From a virus (lineage: Duplodnaviria; Caudoviricetes): a stretch of 36,550 nucleotides of DNA. The stretch spans positions 1 through 36,550 of the IMG/VR virus record IMGVR_UViG_3300032290_001420; one strand, 5' to 3'. Shown here piece after piece: positions 1-11,600 of this stretch. Both the position numbers and the translations under genes were made by a program. Each line of letters starts with the position of its first letter. Positions within the stretch are counted from its first letter, which is position 1. The notes below the pieces were generated by a model. That model had not been told where the DNA came from. It saw nothing but the letters and a program-made list of their open reading frames with translations, and ran no database searches.

Positions 1-1
1 G

Positions 2-1006
2 GACGCAACTAAAATTGACACTGTTAACATGCCGTTTCAAGGTATTTGGTTAGATCCGACACATAGCAAAATTATTAGTGAAACTGGTTTTAATAGTTTT
101 CCTGTAGCCGTTGGAAGAAGCGCCAAAGGAACTGGTGAAGTTTACGGAACAGGGCAAGCAATGTATGCATTAGCCGACGCAAGAAGTTTAAACCGCATGT
201 GGTATGATTATTTTGAATCAATCCAAAAAATATTAAATCCGCCTTTAATTGTAAATGCTCAATTTGAAAAACAATTGAACTTGCAACCAAGAGCTTTAAA
301 TATGGTTAAATCACCTGTTGGCAATGGTCGGGCAGTTGAACCAATCAACGACAGTAAAGGAATTAATCCAGCTGTTGAATTAATAACGCAAAAACAAGAA
401 TCAATTAGAAAAATATTCTTTTTAGATAAATTATCGGTATTAGACGATCCAAGAGCTACTGCAACGCAAATATTAGAACTAAGAGCGGAAAGCTATAGAA
501 TCATGGGAAGTTTAGCTTCTTCATTGCAACAATATCTTGAATCAATTTTGGATAGAGTTTATGATATTCTTTTTAAATTATCTTACGCTCAAGATGGCAA
601 TTTTACGCTATTGCCTGATGCTCCGTTTCCTGAGATGCCCGATAAAATGAAGGGAACAACTGACGCAACTACAGGTAAAAAGATTTTTCCTAAAATGAAA
701 ATCGAATTTATTAACCCAGTTAATCAAGCAAATCAATTAGGCAAAAATAACTCGGTTGATGTGTTTTTAATGTCAGTTATGAATTTAGCTCAAGCAAATC
801 CAGCAATATTAGACACAATAGATTTTGACGAAATAGCCCGATATAAAGCGGATATTTTACAAATTGACCCTAAATTAATTAAAAATGCTTCTAAAGTTGA
901 TGAAGAGCGACAAGCAAGACAGCAACAAATGGCACAACAACAAGAAATGGTTGATGCTAACACCGAAGCACAAACATTAGCAACAATGAAACAAGCGGGG
1001 GTTTAA
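2..1006 (+). CDS. Portal / head-tail connector (T7 gp8-like), 5'-truncated
   Basis: Frame is open from base 2, so the gene starts outside the window. Has GEVYGTG, TATQILE and a Q-rich C-terminus typical of podovirus connectors, and lies upstream of scaffold and capsid. Confidence 0.92.
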   Translation, partial: DATKIDTVNMPFQGIWLDPTHSKIISETGFNSFPVAVGRSAKGTGEVYGTGQAMYALADARSLNRMWYDYFESIQKILNPPLIVNAQFEKQLNLQPRALNMVKSPVGNGRAVEPINDSKGINPAVELITQKQESIRKIFFLDKLSVLDDPRATATQILELRAESYRIMGSLASSLQQYLESILDRVYDILFKLSYAQDGNFTLLPDAPFPEMPDKMKGTTDATTGKKIFPKMKIEFINPVNQANQLGKNNSVDVFLMSVMNLAQANPAILDTIDFDEIARYKADILQIDPKLIKNASKVDEERQARQQQMAQQQEMVDANTEAQTLATMKQAGV

Positions 1007-1254
1007 TGATTGACGCAGAAAAACAATTACAGGAAAAACTTATAGAAAGAAAGCGAATATTTAACACAGTATTTGGCTCGGCAGAAGGTTTGATAGTTTA
1101 CAAAGATTTAAGAACGGCTTTAGTTATTAATCCCGAATTAATTTCTAGAGAATATACTTGCGATGATGTTTTAGCCTCACATTTACAAGTGGGAATGAGA
1201 CTTGCATTTCAATATATTGACGATTACTTAGATTTAAACACTATCAACAAATAA
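1006..1254 (+). CDS. Small conserved protein between portal and scaffold (Bbp19-like)
   Basis: TAATG coupling to the portal; VFGSAEG..VYKDL motif; position matches BPP-1-like phages. Confidence 0.6.
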   Translation: MIDAEKQLQEKLIERKRIFNTVFGSAEGLIVYKDLRTALVINPELISREYTCDDVLASHLQVGMRLAFQYIDDYLDLNTINK

Positions 1255-1262
1255 AAAAAATT

Positions 1263-2078
1263 ATGACAATTGAAAATCAAGTCGCACCTACTGCACCAAC
1301 GCAATCAAACCCAGTTAATGAAACTAATATTACTCAAAATACAGCACCAGCTACGCCAAGTTTTGATTTAAATTCATTTTTTCCTGAGGATATTAGAAAA
1401 GATGCCGATTTTGAAAGGCTTTCTAAAAACTTTCCTAAAGATTTATCGGCAATTGCTAAAGATTATTATCACAAAAATAAACATTTTGGCAAAGCTCGTG
1501 ATGTTGTCGAAGCAGAATTAAAAGCACAAATGGCACAACCATCAACATTTAAACCCGAAGATTACCAAATTAATTTACCTGAAGGCTATTCTATTGAAGA
1601 TAATATTGTTAATACAGCTAAAACAAAAGCCTTAGAGCTTGGAATTAAGCCCGAAGTAGCACAACAATTTCTTAATAGTATTTTTGAAGCCGACAGAACA
1701 CAAGAAATTGAACTAGAAAGACAAGCTTATGAAGCTAATAAACAAGCCTTAGAAAATATTAAAAAAGAATGGGGCTTTGATTACGAAAAAAGAGCGGATA
1801 TTGCCGAAAAAACTCTAATGAGTTATGTTTCGCCCGAAGATATGGAAAGCATTCACAATTTACCATTGGACCAAAAAGTTTTAATATCCAAAATAATGGA
1901 TAAAGTTGCTTCTAAAGTTAGCGAAGGTTCAATTGGCTCTATGTCAAAACCAAGAGATATGAATGAATCAGATTTTGAAGCAAAAAGAAGTCAAATTTCA
2001 AGAGATGAAAATTTGCCTGAATCCGTTAAACAACAAAAACTCTATGAATTATATTCAAGTTTTTATAATAAATCATAA
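1263..2078 (+). CDS. Capsid scaffolding protein
   Basis: P/T/N-rich disordered N-terminus, PEDY..LPEG and KKEWG.DY motifs, helical; immediately upstream of the capsid gene. Confidence 0.8.
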   Translation: MTIENQVAPTAPTQSNPVNETNITQNTAPATPSFDLNSFFPEDIRKDADFERLSKNFPKDLSAIAKDYYHKNKHFGKARDVVEAELKAQMAQPSTFKPEDYQINLPEGYSIEDNIVNTAKTKALELGIKPEVAQQFLNSIFEADRTQEIELERQAYEANKQALENIKKEWGFDYEKRADIAEKTLMSYVSPEDMESIHNLPLDQKVLISKIMDKVASKVSEGSIGSMSKPRDMNESDFEAKRSQISRDENLPESVKQQKLYELYSSFYNKS

Positions 2079-2084
2079 TTTTTG

Positions 2085-2112
2085 TTGACTTTTAATTTTG
2101 AGATTCTATTTT
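2085..2112 (+). promoter_or_regulatory. Possible sigma70-like promoter for the capsid gene
   Basis: TTGACT at 2085-2090, 16-nt spacer, then TATTTT; the -10 match is weak. Confidence 0.35.
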
Positions 2113-2120
2113 AGATTTAA

Positions 2121-2199
2121 ACATTGTCCGATGTAAAGTAAAAGGGAGCTTAATTTAAGTCTTTGAAATTAAGGGTAGCAATTAGGAGGGAGTAATCCC
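2121..2199 (+). promoter_or_regulatory. Structured capsid-gene leader (three hairpins)
   Basis: Hairpins at 2121-2134, 2149-2173 (CTTAATTT/AAATTAAG) and 2188-2199 (GGGA-GTAA-TCCC, GNRA loop). Confidence 0.45.
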
Positions 2200-2236
2200 C
2201 GATTTTTATTATTTTTTAATTCAAATATTTATATAT

Positions 2237-3157
2237 ATGGCATCTACTACAAATGTTATGCACTCAAAACAATTTAGCGACCAATTATTGGAAGCGGTGC
2301 AAATTAAACAATCGGCTCTTGAAATGTCTTGCTCAAGAAAAGAAATTTTTAAGGGTGAATCACTTTTTATTAATAAAATTGGAACTGTTGAGTTAGATAA
2401 AATTGACACTCTTAACGCAAAAACAGAAATTTCAGATATTTCTAACACTAGACGCAAAATTTCTTTTGATACTTTCAAAAAAACTGTCGCAATTGATAGA
2501 TACGATCAAAATCGTAGTGAAATTTATGGTTTAGACACTGGATATATTAATTCTTTAAAATATGCAGTTGAAAGAAAAAAGGAAGAAATTATAGCTAATG
2601 CGGCAACTTCTATTGCTTACGAAGGCAAAGAGGGAACTACTTCAGTTGCCTTTCCCGATGCAACTAATACTCTTTATCAAGATGCAACAGCTTCTACAAA
2701 TGGGACTTCTAACGAATCAGGAACTAAAACAGGTTTAACAGCTGATAAATTACTTCGTGCTATGTATGTTCTTCGTAAAAATATGAAAAACGGCAATATT
2801 AATGAAAAAATTTATTGCGCTTTATCAGAAGAAGAAGTTTTAGCATTAATGCAAGATAATAAAATTATTAACAGAGATTTTACTGCTGGTCAAGTTTTAG
2901 ATAAAGGCATTATTGGCTCTTGGTTAGGAATTAATTTTATTCGAACTCAATTGTTAAAAGTCCCTGCGGTAAATGTTAGAGAAATTTTACTTTATACTGA
3001 AAGTGCAGTTGCTTTAGGAATGCCTGGCGAAGTTATCACTAAATTTGGTGAAAACCCAGAAAGAAACTTTTTGTCTCAAATGCACATCGAATTAAATTTT
3101 GGTGCCGCTAGAATTGAAGATGAAAAAATTGTCAAAATTCGTGTTAAAACTGAATAA
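2237..3157 (+). CDS. Major capsid protein
   Basis: 306 aa, after the scaffold; IGSWLGINFI and FGAARIEDEKIV C-terminal motifs seen in podovirus capsids. Confidence 0.88.
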   Translation: MASTTNVMHSKQFSDQLLEAVQIKQSALEMSCSRKEIFKGESLFINKIGTVELDKIDTLNAKTEISDISNTRRKISFDTFKKTVAIDRYDQNRSEIYGLDTGYINSLKYAVERKKEEIIANAATSIAYEGKEGTTSVAFPDATNTLYQDATASTNGTSNESGTKTGLTADKLLRAMYVLRKNMKNGNINEKIYCALSEEEVLALMQDNKIINRDFTAGQVLDKGIIGSWLGINFIRTQLLKVPAVNVREILLYTESAVALGMPGEVITKFGENPERNFLSQMHIELNFGAARIEDEKIVKIRVKTE

Positions 3158-3182
3158 TCATTAATCTTAAATATATAATTTT

Positions 3183-3680
3183 ATGGCTGTAATAAACTCA
3201 AATGAAACAGTAAACTTAGCAAATATTGCTTTGGTTCCACCTGTATTACCATTGGCTAAAACTAATGGAGCGCCTGTTCAAGCTACAACTGCAATTGTAA
3301 GTGTAGCTACAAGCGATTCCGCAACTTCAACTTGGAGAGTTGCTAGACTTCCTTCAAATGCTTTGCTTCATCAATTAACAGTTTCAACAACTGCTCAAAC
3401 TGGAAGCACTGACTTTGATATTGGTATAGCATATAACCCAGATAAATTAAGTGGCGCATTAATTAATGTTAATTGTCTTGCTGATGCTTTAACTTTAGCA
3501 ACTGCGAGCCGTGCATTAGATGGCTTAAAAGATGTTAGCATTGCTAACTCAGGCAAAGAACTATGGGAATTAGCTGGTTTGACCGCTGATCCTCAATGTG
3601 ATTTAGATATTCTTTTTACTGCTAATACTATCGGCACTGCTGGTGGAACTGCTGGATTTAAAATTGAATATAAAGTTTAA
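3183..3680 (+). CDS. Capsid cement/decoration protein (Bbp16-like)
   Basis: 165 aa, A/T/G-rich beta-type sequence directly after the capsid gene. Confidence 0.6.
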   Translation: MAVINSNETVNLANIALVPPVLPLAKTNGAPVQATTAIVSVATSDSATSTWRVARLPSNALLHQLTVSTTAQTGSTDFDIGIAYNPDKLSGALINVNCLADALTLATASRALDGLKDVSIANSGKELWELAGLTADPQCDLDILFTANTIGTAGGTAGFKIEYKV

Positions 3681-3683
3681 TCT

Positions 3684-4253
3684 ATGACTTCAAAAACTGA
3701 ATTATGTAATCTTGCATTGTTAAAGTTAGGTAAGGGTCGTGTTCAAGATATTGACACTGACCCAAGCCAACAAGCTACTGACTTGAAACTTGCTTATGAT
3801 TTTGCATTAAATCAGATTTTGAACGAAGCCGAATGGAGTTTTGCGGTGCGTAGGCAAGCCTTAAATAAGCTTACCGAAACACCGCTTTACGAATGGAGCT
3901 ATAAATTTGCATTACCAACTAATCCCGAATATATTAAACTTATTTCTATTGAAAATGAACCCGATTACACAATAGAAGGAAAATATATATTGACTAATAC
4001 CGATAATATAAAAATTACCTACATTGCTAGAATTACAGACCCTAGTGAATATACATCAGGTTTTAAAAATGCTTTTGTTTTATTGCTTGCTACAAAAATA
4101 TGCTATAATTTAACTGGCTCGGATAGTAGAGAAAAACAATTATTATCCGAATATGAAAATGCTTTGTATCAAGCTATGACACAATTTAAAGCAATAAGAA
4201 ACGAAACACCTTTAACATCTAACGAATGGATTAATATAAGACAAAATGGCTAG
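3684..4253 (+). CDS. Tail tubular protein A / adaptor (T7 gp11-like)
   Basis: ELCNLALLKLG, WSFA and Y.FALP motifs; 189 aa; gene order. Confidence 0.85.
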   Translation: MTSKTELCNLALLKLGKGRVQDIDTDPSQQATDLKLAYDFALNQILNEAEWSFAVRRQALNKLTETPLYEWSYKFALPTNPEYIKLISIENEPDYTIEGKYILTNTDNIKITYIARITDPSEYTSGFKNAFVLLLATKICYNLTGSDSREKQLLSEYENALYQAMTQFKAIRNETPLTSNEWINIRQNG

Positions 4254-6459
4254 TGTTAATGAAATACAAACACGATTTAATACGGGTGAATTATCACCTA
4301 CTATTGACGGCTTAGTCGATTTTGAGCCTTTTTTTAATGGCGGTTCTATTGTTGAAAATTTTGATGTTCACCCTCAAGGCTGGTTATTTAGAAGAAAAGG
4401 CACAAAGTTTGTTAATGAAGTTAAAGACTCAACAAAAAAAACCAGAATTATCAGGTTTAAATATAATGTTGACCAAGTTTTAATTATAGAATTAGGGGCG
4501 GGTTATTTTAGATTTTATTCACAACAAGCATTAGTTTTAAGTGGCGGAAATGCTTATGAAGTAGCAAATAGTTTTTCTGAAAGTGATTTAGATTTTATTC
4601 GCTATGTTCAAAAAGATGATGTTATTTGGATGGTTCACCCCTTAAAAGGATTTTATAAATTAATTCGATTTAGTAATTCTAATTGGACTTTCTCGCAAAT
4701 TGATTTAATTGCTGGACCATATCAAAAAGAAAATATTTTACAAACTAGAACGGTTGCAATAAATAATCATGGACCAGTAGGAACAACAGGAACAATGACC
4801 GCAAGTGGACACACGCCATTTACTGCAAATCATGTTGGCAGTTTATGGCTTGTAAGAGACGGGGTTTATTATGCTTATCTTAAAATAACTGCTTTTAATA
4901 GCTCAACCAGCGTCAATTACATTGCTCAAAAAGAAATATCTTCGGCTATAGCAAAAACAGGATTATATACTTGGTCCGAGGGAGAATTTGGCTTACATCG
5001 CAGTTATCCAAGGGCAATAACATTTCACGAGCAAAGACTTGTTTTAGCTGGCTCAATAAATGAAACGCAAAAAATATGGTTTAGTAAATCCGCTGATTAT
5101 GAAAATTTTGATATAGATTATACTTCTATGACAGCCGATGACAGCTTTAATAGAACAATTGCAAGCTCAACTAACGATTCTATTTTATGGTTATTTAGTG
5201 ATGAAGTTTTGTTAATTGGTTGTAGCGATAGTGTTTGGAGAGCAAAGCCTTCAAATAATTCTGCTGGTATGTCAAATACTGATATTGATTTAAAACGACA
5301 AATTGCTTTTGGTAGTGAATGGGTTGACCCTGTCTATTGCGATTCAACACCTTTTTATTTACAAAGAGGCAAGCAAAAAGTAAGGGCAATAAATTATACA
5401 AACACCGAAGGAAAATACAAAGCTCAAGATGTTTCAATTAGAAGCAATCATATTACGGGAACAGGTTTAAAAAGATTTGATTATCAACAAAACCCAGTTT
5501 CAACAATTTGGGCTGTGCGTGAAGACGGGCAAATTGCAAAATTTGTATTTGAAGGCGATCAAGAAGTTAATTGCTGGACAAGATTTACAACAAATGGAAT
5601 TGTCGAAGATTTGGCAGTTATTCCATCGGCTAAAGAATATGACGAAATTTATATTTTAGTTAAAAGAACAATTAACGGCGTAGCAAAAAGATTTATTGAA
5701 GTTTTAGAACCTAATTTTAGTTATGATAATTTAAATTATGTTTATGTTGATTCATGTTTAACTTATAATGGAACACAAAACACAACTCTAACTATTGGAA
5801 GCGGAATAGCAACCGCAGGTAGCGCTATATTTTCTGCGTCAAGTGTTGGTAAAGAAATAAGAAATTTAAACGGCACGGGTAAAGCTAAAATTACCGCTTA
5901 TACTTCCACAACTCAAGTTTCTATAACAATAATTAGAGATTTTAACTCAAATTCTTTAACAGCTAATAATTGGGCAATCGCAATTCAAGAAGTAAGTGGA
6001 TTAAATCATTTGATAGGGGCAAGTGTAGAAGTTAATGGAGATGGAGCAACTGACCCTAAAAGTAAAACAGTAGATGCTGAAAGTAAAATAACTCTTGAAA
6101 ATTTTGCTTCAATAATTCATGTTGGGTTAAAATATAAATCAACCTTTACTTCATACCCAATTGAAAGTAAAAAATTATTACAAACTATCGGTTCACAACA
6201 AAATAAACAGTTGCGAATTACTGAATTGGCTATAAAGTTTTTTACATCAAGGGCGGGTTCTATTGTTATTGATGGGAAAACATTGCCAATAATTTCAAGA
6301 GATTTAAACGACAACATGAATGAAGCTCCGACTTTTAAAGATGGAGTAAAATTAATAAGTGTTGCTGGCGATTGGGGTTATGATAGAAAATATTCAATTA
6401 TACAAGAAGAGCCACAAGCAATGAACATTAAAAACATAACTTACGAGGTAAATATCTAA
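4246..6459 (+). CDS. Tail tubular protein B / nozzle (T7 gp12-like)
   Basis: FNTGELSP, RRKGT, YP...TFHEQRLVLA and IHVGL.Y motifs; 737 aa. Confidence 0.88.
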   Translation: MASVNEIQTRFNTGELSPTIDGLVDFEPFFNGGSIVENFDVHPQGWLFRRKGTKFVNEVKDSTKKTRIIRFKYNVDQVLIIELGAGYFRFYSQQALVLSGGNAYEVANSFSESDLDFIRYVQKDDVIWMVHPLKGFYKLIRFSNSNWTFSQIDLIAGPYQKENILQTRTVAINNHGPVGTTGTMTASGHTPFTANHVGSLWLVRDGVYYAYLKITAFNSSTSVNYIAQKEISSAIAKTGLYTWSEGEFGLHRSYPRAITFHEQRLVLAGSINETQKIWFSKSADYENFDIDYTSMTADDSFNRTIASSTNDSILWLFSDEVLLIGCSDSVWRAKPSNNSAGMSNTDIDLKRQIAFGSEWVDPVYCDSTPFYLQRGKQKVRAINYTNTEGKYKAQDVSIRSNHITGTGLKRFDYQQNPVSTIWAVREDGQIAKFVFEGDQEVNCWTRFTTNGIVEDLAVIPSAKEYDEIYILVKRTINGVAKRFIEVLEPNFSYDNLNYVYVDSCLTYNGTQNTTLTIGSGIATAGSAIFSASSVGKEIRNLNGTGKAKITAYTSTTQVSITIIRDFNSNSLTANNWAIAIQEVSGLNHLIGASVEVNGDGATDPKSKTVDAESKITLENFASIIHVGLKYKSTFTSYPIESKKLLQTIGSQQNKQLRITELAIKFFTSRAGSIVIDGKTLPIISRDLNDNMNEAPTFKDGVKLISVAGDWGYDRKYSIIQEEPQAMNIKNITYEVNI

Positions 6460-6917
6460 TGGTAGCACCTTATATTGCGGCAGCAGGAGCAGTTTTAAAT
6501 ATGGCTAGTAGCATTTATGGTGCTAATATGGCTAAAAAAGATTTAAAACGCCAAGCAATGGCTTTGGAAGACCAAGCTCGACTAGTAGAAGAGCAAGGGC
6601 AATTTCAAGCCATACAAACCGCAAAACAATTTGAAGGTTTACTTGGCGAACAAAAACTTTCTGTTGCTACCAGTGGTGCGGAAATGGAAGGCTCTGTTTT
6701 AAACATTTTTGATAAAACCATAGCCGACAAAGAACAAAACATTGCAATTATAAAAAGAAATGCTCAAATGGAAGCAAATCTTTTAAGACAGCAAGCACAA
6801 CAAGCAAGAAAACAAAGAAAAAAATTACTGCCTATGGCGATAATTTCAAGTCTTGGAAATACTGCTCAATCTGCTTCAAATTTTTCAAATATTGGTAATA
6901 AAACTATGACACAATAA
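6459..6917 (+). CDS. Internal virion (ejection) protein, gp14-like
   Basis: Hydrophobic A/G-rich N-terminus, Q/A-rich helices, ATSGAEMEGS motif; follows the nozzle gene. Confidence 0.7.
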   Translation: MVAPYIAAAGAVLNMASSIYGANMAKKDLKRQAMALEDQARLVEEQGQFQAIQTAKQFEGLLGEQKLSVATSGAEMEGSVLNIFDKTIADKEQNIAIIKRNAQMEANLLRQQAQQARKQRKKLLPMAIISSLGNTAQSASNFSNIGNKTMTQ

Positions 6918-6919
6918 TT

Positions 6920-8659
6920 ATGCCAAAAATACCTGACTCATACGGAATTATAGCGACACCATCGGCAAAAACTGACATTGCCATGCCAGATACTCAATCA
7001 TCACAAATGCTTGCAAATCTTGGTAATCAACTATCGGGTAATTTAATAAATATTGCTGGGCAAATGCAATATCAATCTATTAAAGAAGATGAAGCTTTTA
7101 ACGCCGCTCAAGTAGTTGATTTTAAAACAAAACTTGCCACATTTGAAAATGAAAAAAGAATTGCATTAAGCGAATTGCCAGCAAATGACCCAATGCTTTT
7201 TGATAAAACAAAGAAAACTTTTCAATCGGAAAGAGATTCTTTTATTAACAATTATACTAGTCAATATAAAGATAATCAAAGATTGTCAAGTTTAATTAAA
7301 AGACAAGCTGATGTTGAGGCTGTAGACTTTAATTTTGATGTTGATAGAACGCTTTCTGGCAAGAAAAAAGAATATGGAACAAATAAAATCTATGAAGGAA
7401 TTTATTCTGTAAATGAAAGACTGCAAAAAGGTGGTAATCCTACAAAATTATCAGGCGAATTAAATACAATTTTACAAACTGGCTTAAAATCAGGCTTAAT
7501 TGACCAAAACGACATAAACCGAGAAAGGGATAAACAAAAATCAATTATTCAAGATTTACAAATCCAATATGAAAAAACTAGACAAGCTAATTTAGTTGCT
7601 AATGGACAAGTATTTATAGACCCTAGCAATTCTGATGATAAAAAAATAGGTGAGTTAGCCTATCAAAATCAATTGCAAGAAACTTTAAAAAGAGGTGGAG
7701 ACCCAAACGCCACAACATTAAATTTTGTAAATAAAACAGGTTTTTTACCGCAACAAGTTAAATCAATTTGGAGTTCTCAATTAAACATGGGAAATCCAAA
7801 ACAAAAAATTGAAGCCGCTGAACAAATAACTCAAATTATAGAATCAAACCCAAGATTGCAAAATCAATTTAATTCTGATGATATTAATTTTGTAAACTCA
7901 ATTAAGACAAGGGTCGGATTAGGATTGCCACCTGAACAAGTGTTAAATTATGCTGAAAAAGAAATTAGCAAATATCAGTCAATGGATAGAATTGCAAAGG
8001 GACAAATTATTAACAATAAAGATACTAAAAAAATTATAGATAATTCTTTTGACGATTTAAAAGAAACCTTAACCGATAGAGGTTTTTTTTCTATCTTTAA
8101 AGCCGATCCAATTATTGAAGAAGGAATAAAAACTAAATATGAAACTTTAGTAAAAGATGCTTTTTTAAATGGTAATACAACTCCTGAAAGTGCTGTTGAA
8201 TTTGCAAAAACCAAATTACAAAGCGAATATAGAGTAAGCACAATTGGAAAACCTAGAGTAATGCAATATGCTCCTGAAGTTTTTTATGATAAATATAATG
8301 GTGGCGATACTTCTTGGATTAATAAACAACTAAAAACTGAAATTGCCAAACATACTTTAGTTCCAAATCTAGATAAACTAGAAAATCAATATATTTTAAA
8401 AGCCACAGAAAACACAATTAAAGGTGGAAAACCAAGTTATAACATTGTTAATATTGATAATTACGGAGCCTATTCTTTATTGTTAGATAATCAAAATCGC
8501 CCTGTTGTGTTTCAACCTGAAATTGAAAAAACCGATTTTTACAAAGAGGCTCAAAAAGAATATAACAAAGAGCGTCAATATACAAAACAAGATATACTTA
8601 ATCTTTTAAACGATAAAGTAATCGATGAAAAAAACAAAAAATATCGTAATTGGAAATAA
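6920..8659 (+). CDS. Internal virion protein, gp15-like
   Basis: MPKIP start, helical 579 aa, between the gp14-like and gp16-like genes. Confidence 0.65.
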   Translation: MPKIPDSYGIIATPSAKTDIAMPDTQSSQMLANLGNQLSGNLINIAGQMQYQSIKEDEAFNAAQVVDFKTKLATFENEKRIALSELPANDPMLFDKTKKTFQSERDSFINNYTSQYKDNQRLSSLIKRQADVEAVDFNFDVDRTLSGKKKEYGTNKIYEGIYSVNERLQKGGNPTKLSGELNTILQTGLKSGLIDQNDINRERDKQKSIIQDLQIQYEKTRQANLVANGQVFIDPSNSDDKKIGELAYQNQLQETLKRGGDPNATTLNFVNKTGFLPQQVKSIWSSQLNMGNPKQKIEAAEQITQIIESNPRLQNQFNSDDINFVNSIKTRVGLGLPPEQVLNYAEKEISKYQSMDRIAKGQIINNKDTKKIIDNSFDDLKETLTDRGFFSIFKADPIIEEGIKTKYETLVKDAFLNGNTTPESAVEFAKTKLQSEYRVSTIGKPRVMQYAPEVFYDKYNGGDTSWINKQLKTEIAKHTLVPNLDKLENQYILKATENTIKGGKPSYNIVNIDNYGAYSLLLDNQNRPVVFQPEIEKTDFYKEAQKEYNKERQYTKQDILNLLNDKVIDEKNKKYRNWK

Positions 8660-8661
8660 AA

Positions 8662-11600
8662 ATGGTTATATCAAAAGACTTAATAAATCCAGCACCAATT
8701 GATCCATTATTTGGTGAAAAAATAACGCAAAGCTCTAAAGCTATTGCCGATATACAAGGAATGGATTTTAATTATAAACCGCCTGAATATTCGCAAGGTC
8801 AAATAGCATTATCAGCATTTGAAAGAGAAAACACTGTTGCCTCTTCTATTATAGAAGGAAGTTATCAAGTTAAAGTTGATGACGCCCCAGACCCTGATTT
8901 TGATGTTGTTGATTATGTGGATACCGACATTAGAAATAGTGATTATGCCCCTTATTGGAAAGATTTTGCACAAGTTAAAAATTATAGACAAGCAAGTGCA
9001 TTAAAAGCTAAAATCGATAGGCAAAATGAAAATGAAAGAATTATTAATGAAAGCGACGGAGCTGGTATTGCTTGGAGTTTAGCTGCTGGTATTTTAGACC
9101 CCATTAATCTTATTCCTGTTTTTGGAGGAGTTTCTAAAGCTTATAAAACTGGTAAATATTTAAAAGGTATTGGTTTAACCGCTGGTGCTGGTGCGGTTGG
9201 TATGACAGCGAGCGAGGGAGTTTTACAAACTACACAAGAAACTAGAACATTAGAAGAAAGTGCTATAAATATTGGTGCTGGAACAATTTTAGCTGGTGCT
9301 TTAGGTGGTGCAAGTGCGATGTTATCAAAAAGACAATTTAATAATTTAGCTGATAAATTTAAAAAAGATTTAGACAATGAAACTGCCGATGTTTTTATAA
9401 ATCCCGATACTCAAAAATTAGAAATAAAACCAGATTCCGCAAGTGCCGCTAATGTCGCTGAATTTCAAGCAATAAGAAAATATTATGATGATGTTTTAAC
9501 GCCACAATTAAAAGCCGAAGGTAAAGAAGTTCCTGCTTTTACCACCTTTAAAAAACAACAACAAAGCCTAGCTTCAACAATAACACAAGATATTGCGGGA
9601 GCGGTAAATATTGGTAATGTAATTAAAGGGCAAAAATTATTAAAAAAAATAAACCTAATTGATAATTTAAATCCAATACAAAGATTAACACAAACACAAT
9701 TTGCAGTATCGCCTAGAGAAACTGCGGAAAAGTTAATGAAAACGGGTTTAATGTGGCAAAAAAACAAAATTGGAATTGCCTCTGCTCAAAGTGCTGAAAT
9801 AGCTAAAAAAACTCTACAAGCTCCTTATTTTAACAATTATAAACCAGTTGAAAACCAAGCCTATTATAATTTTAAAAAAAGAATTAAAAAAGAAGGTCCT
9901 TTAAACGAAACGGAAAATAATATTAAAAATGATATACAGTTTTTTGAAGAATTTTCAAGAGCAATGAGAAACGGCGATACAAGCAATATTCCTGAGGTAA
10001 ATCAGTTAGCAAAACTTGCTCGCAATGATGTTTTGAACCATCTTGGCAAAGAAGCGGTAAATGTTGGTCTATTAAACGAAAAAGTTTTAACTACTAAACC
10101 TAGAACGGCATTATCTTATTTTCCTAGATTATTTAATAGATTAAAGGTAATTGCTAGGGAAAATGAACTAAGGACATTTTTTATTAATAAAATTAAAACT
10201 GTTTTATTGCCAGAAATTAAAAAAGCCGAAGCACAAAAAGAATTAAATTTAAATTCACAAATTATTGATTTACAAACCCGTAAAGCCGAATTACAAGCTA
10301 ATCTTGATAAAGTTGTAAACGAAAAATTCCAAGAAGCACAAGTTGACGCTGTTTTTAATGAAGCCGATATTTCAACTGAAAATAAATTTATTTTCCAAAG
10401 AAATATATCTTGGGCAAAAGGTGGAGAAAAAAGTTTTGATGATTTTTTAGAAAAAATGGCGGAAGATTTGCCAGATAATTTAGATTTTCCAGCGGATAAG
10501 ATCGAAAAAGTTTATAATAAATATGTAAAAAATGATAATTTAATTTATACAAATGAAGAATTGGCGGATATTTTAGAAAAATATAAAACCGCCATTAAAA
10601 CTGTAAAATCTATTAAACCAAAATCTTTGTTAATTTTTTTAAGAGATAGGGGCGGTGTTGTTGATTTTGGCGGAAATTTAAAAGCAATGGGAATTACTAA
10701 CAAAACTTTACCAGGATTAATTAGAAAAGGTAAAGAGTTTGGTAATTTATTTGGAGCAGGTAAAAAAGAATATATTGACCTTGATGACGCAAGATTTGTT
10801 GCACACGAACAAGGATATTTTAGTGATTTTCCTCAAGATGGAAGCGGTGGACAACCTAGCATTAATGATTTATTGGATTTGATAAGAAGGGAAGTTGGAG
10901 GTGAAAAAATATACTCATTAGAAGATATTGATAAAATAGAAATAAAAAATAATGCTGAGAAATTAATAGAAGAATTAAACGAAATGGGAATCGATATTGA
11001 TAAAATTAATGAAGCAGTTTTATTAGAAAAAGGAAAAATTAAGAAAAAGTTTAAATATTTAAGCGGAGAAAATGTTGATAAAAAAACTTTAAGCAAAATG
11101 GATAAAGTTTTAGCTAAATCAGAAATTGACCTTTTAGAAAAAAAAGTAAATAAGTTAAAAAATAAATATACCGAAAATCAAATTAGCTTTAGATCTAAAT
11201 TTGAAGAAATAGGCGATGAAGATTCTTATGTAAACGAAATTACAAGCGACATAATCAACCAATTAAAAGGCGATGATAGATTAGGTTTAATTGATGACTT
11301 AGGAATTAAGGTTGCTAAAAGAGGACCATTGAAAGAAAGAACATTAAACTTTATTCAAGATAACGAATTAGAGCCGTGGTTAGAAAATGACGCAAGAAAA
11401 GTTTTAAATTATTATCAAAATACTTTAGCGACTGATATTGAAATTTCTAGGGCTTTTGATGGTGATTTAACTTTAGATGATGCAATCCAAAAAATTCAAG
11501 ATGAATATGCGGAAGTTATAGCAAAAACAACTGACCCTAAAATATTAAAACAAATTGACAAAGAAAAAAAGAGTGTAATTAATGATATTGAATCTGTTGC

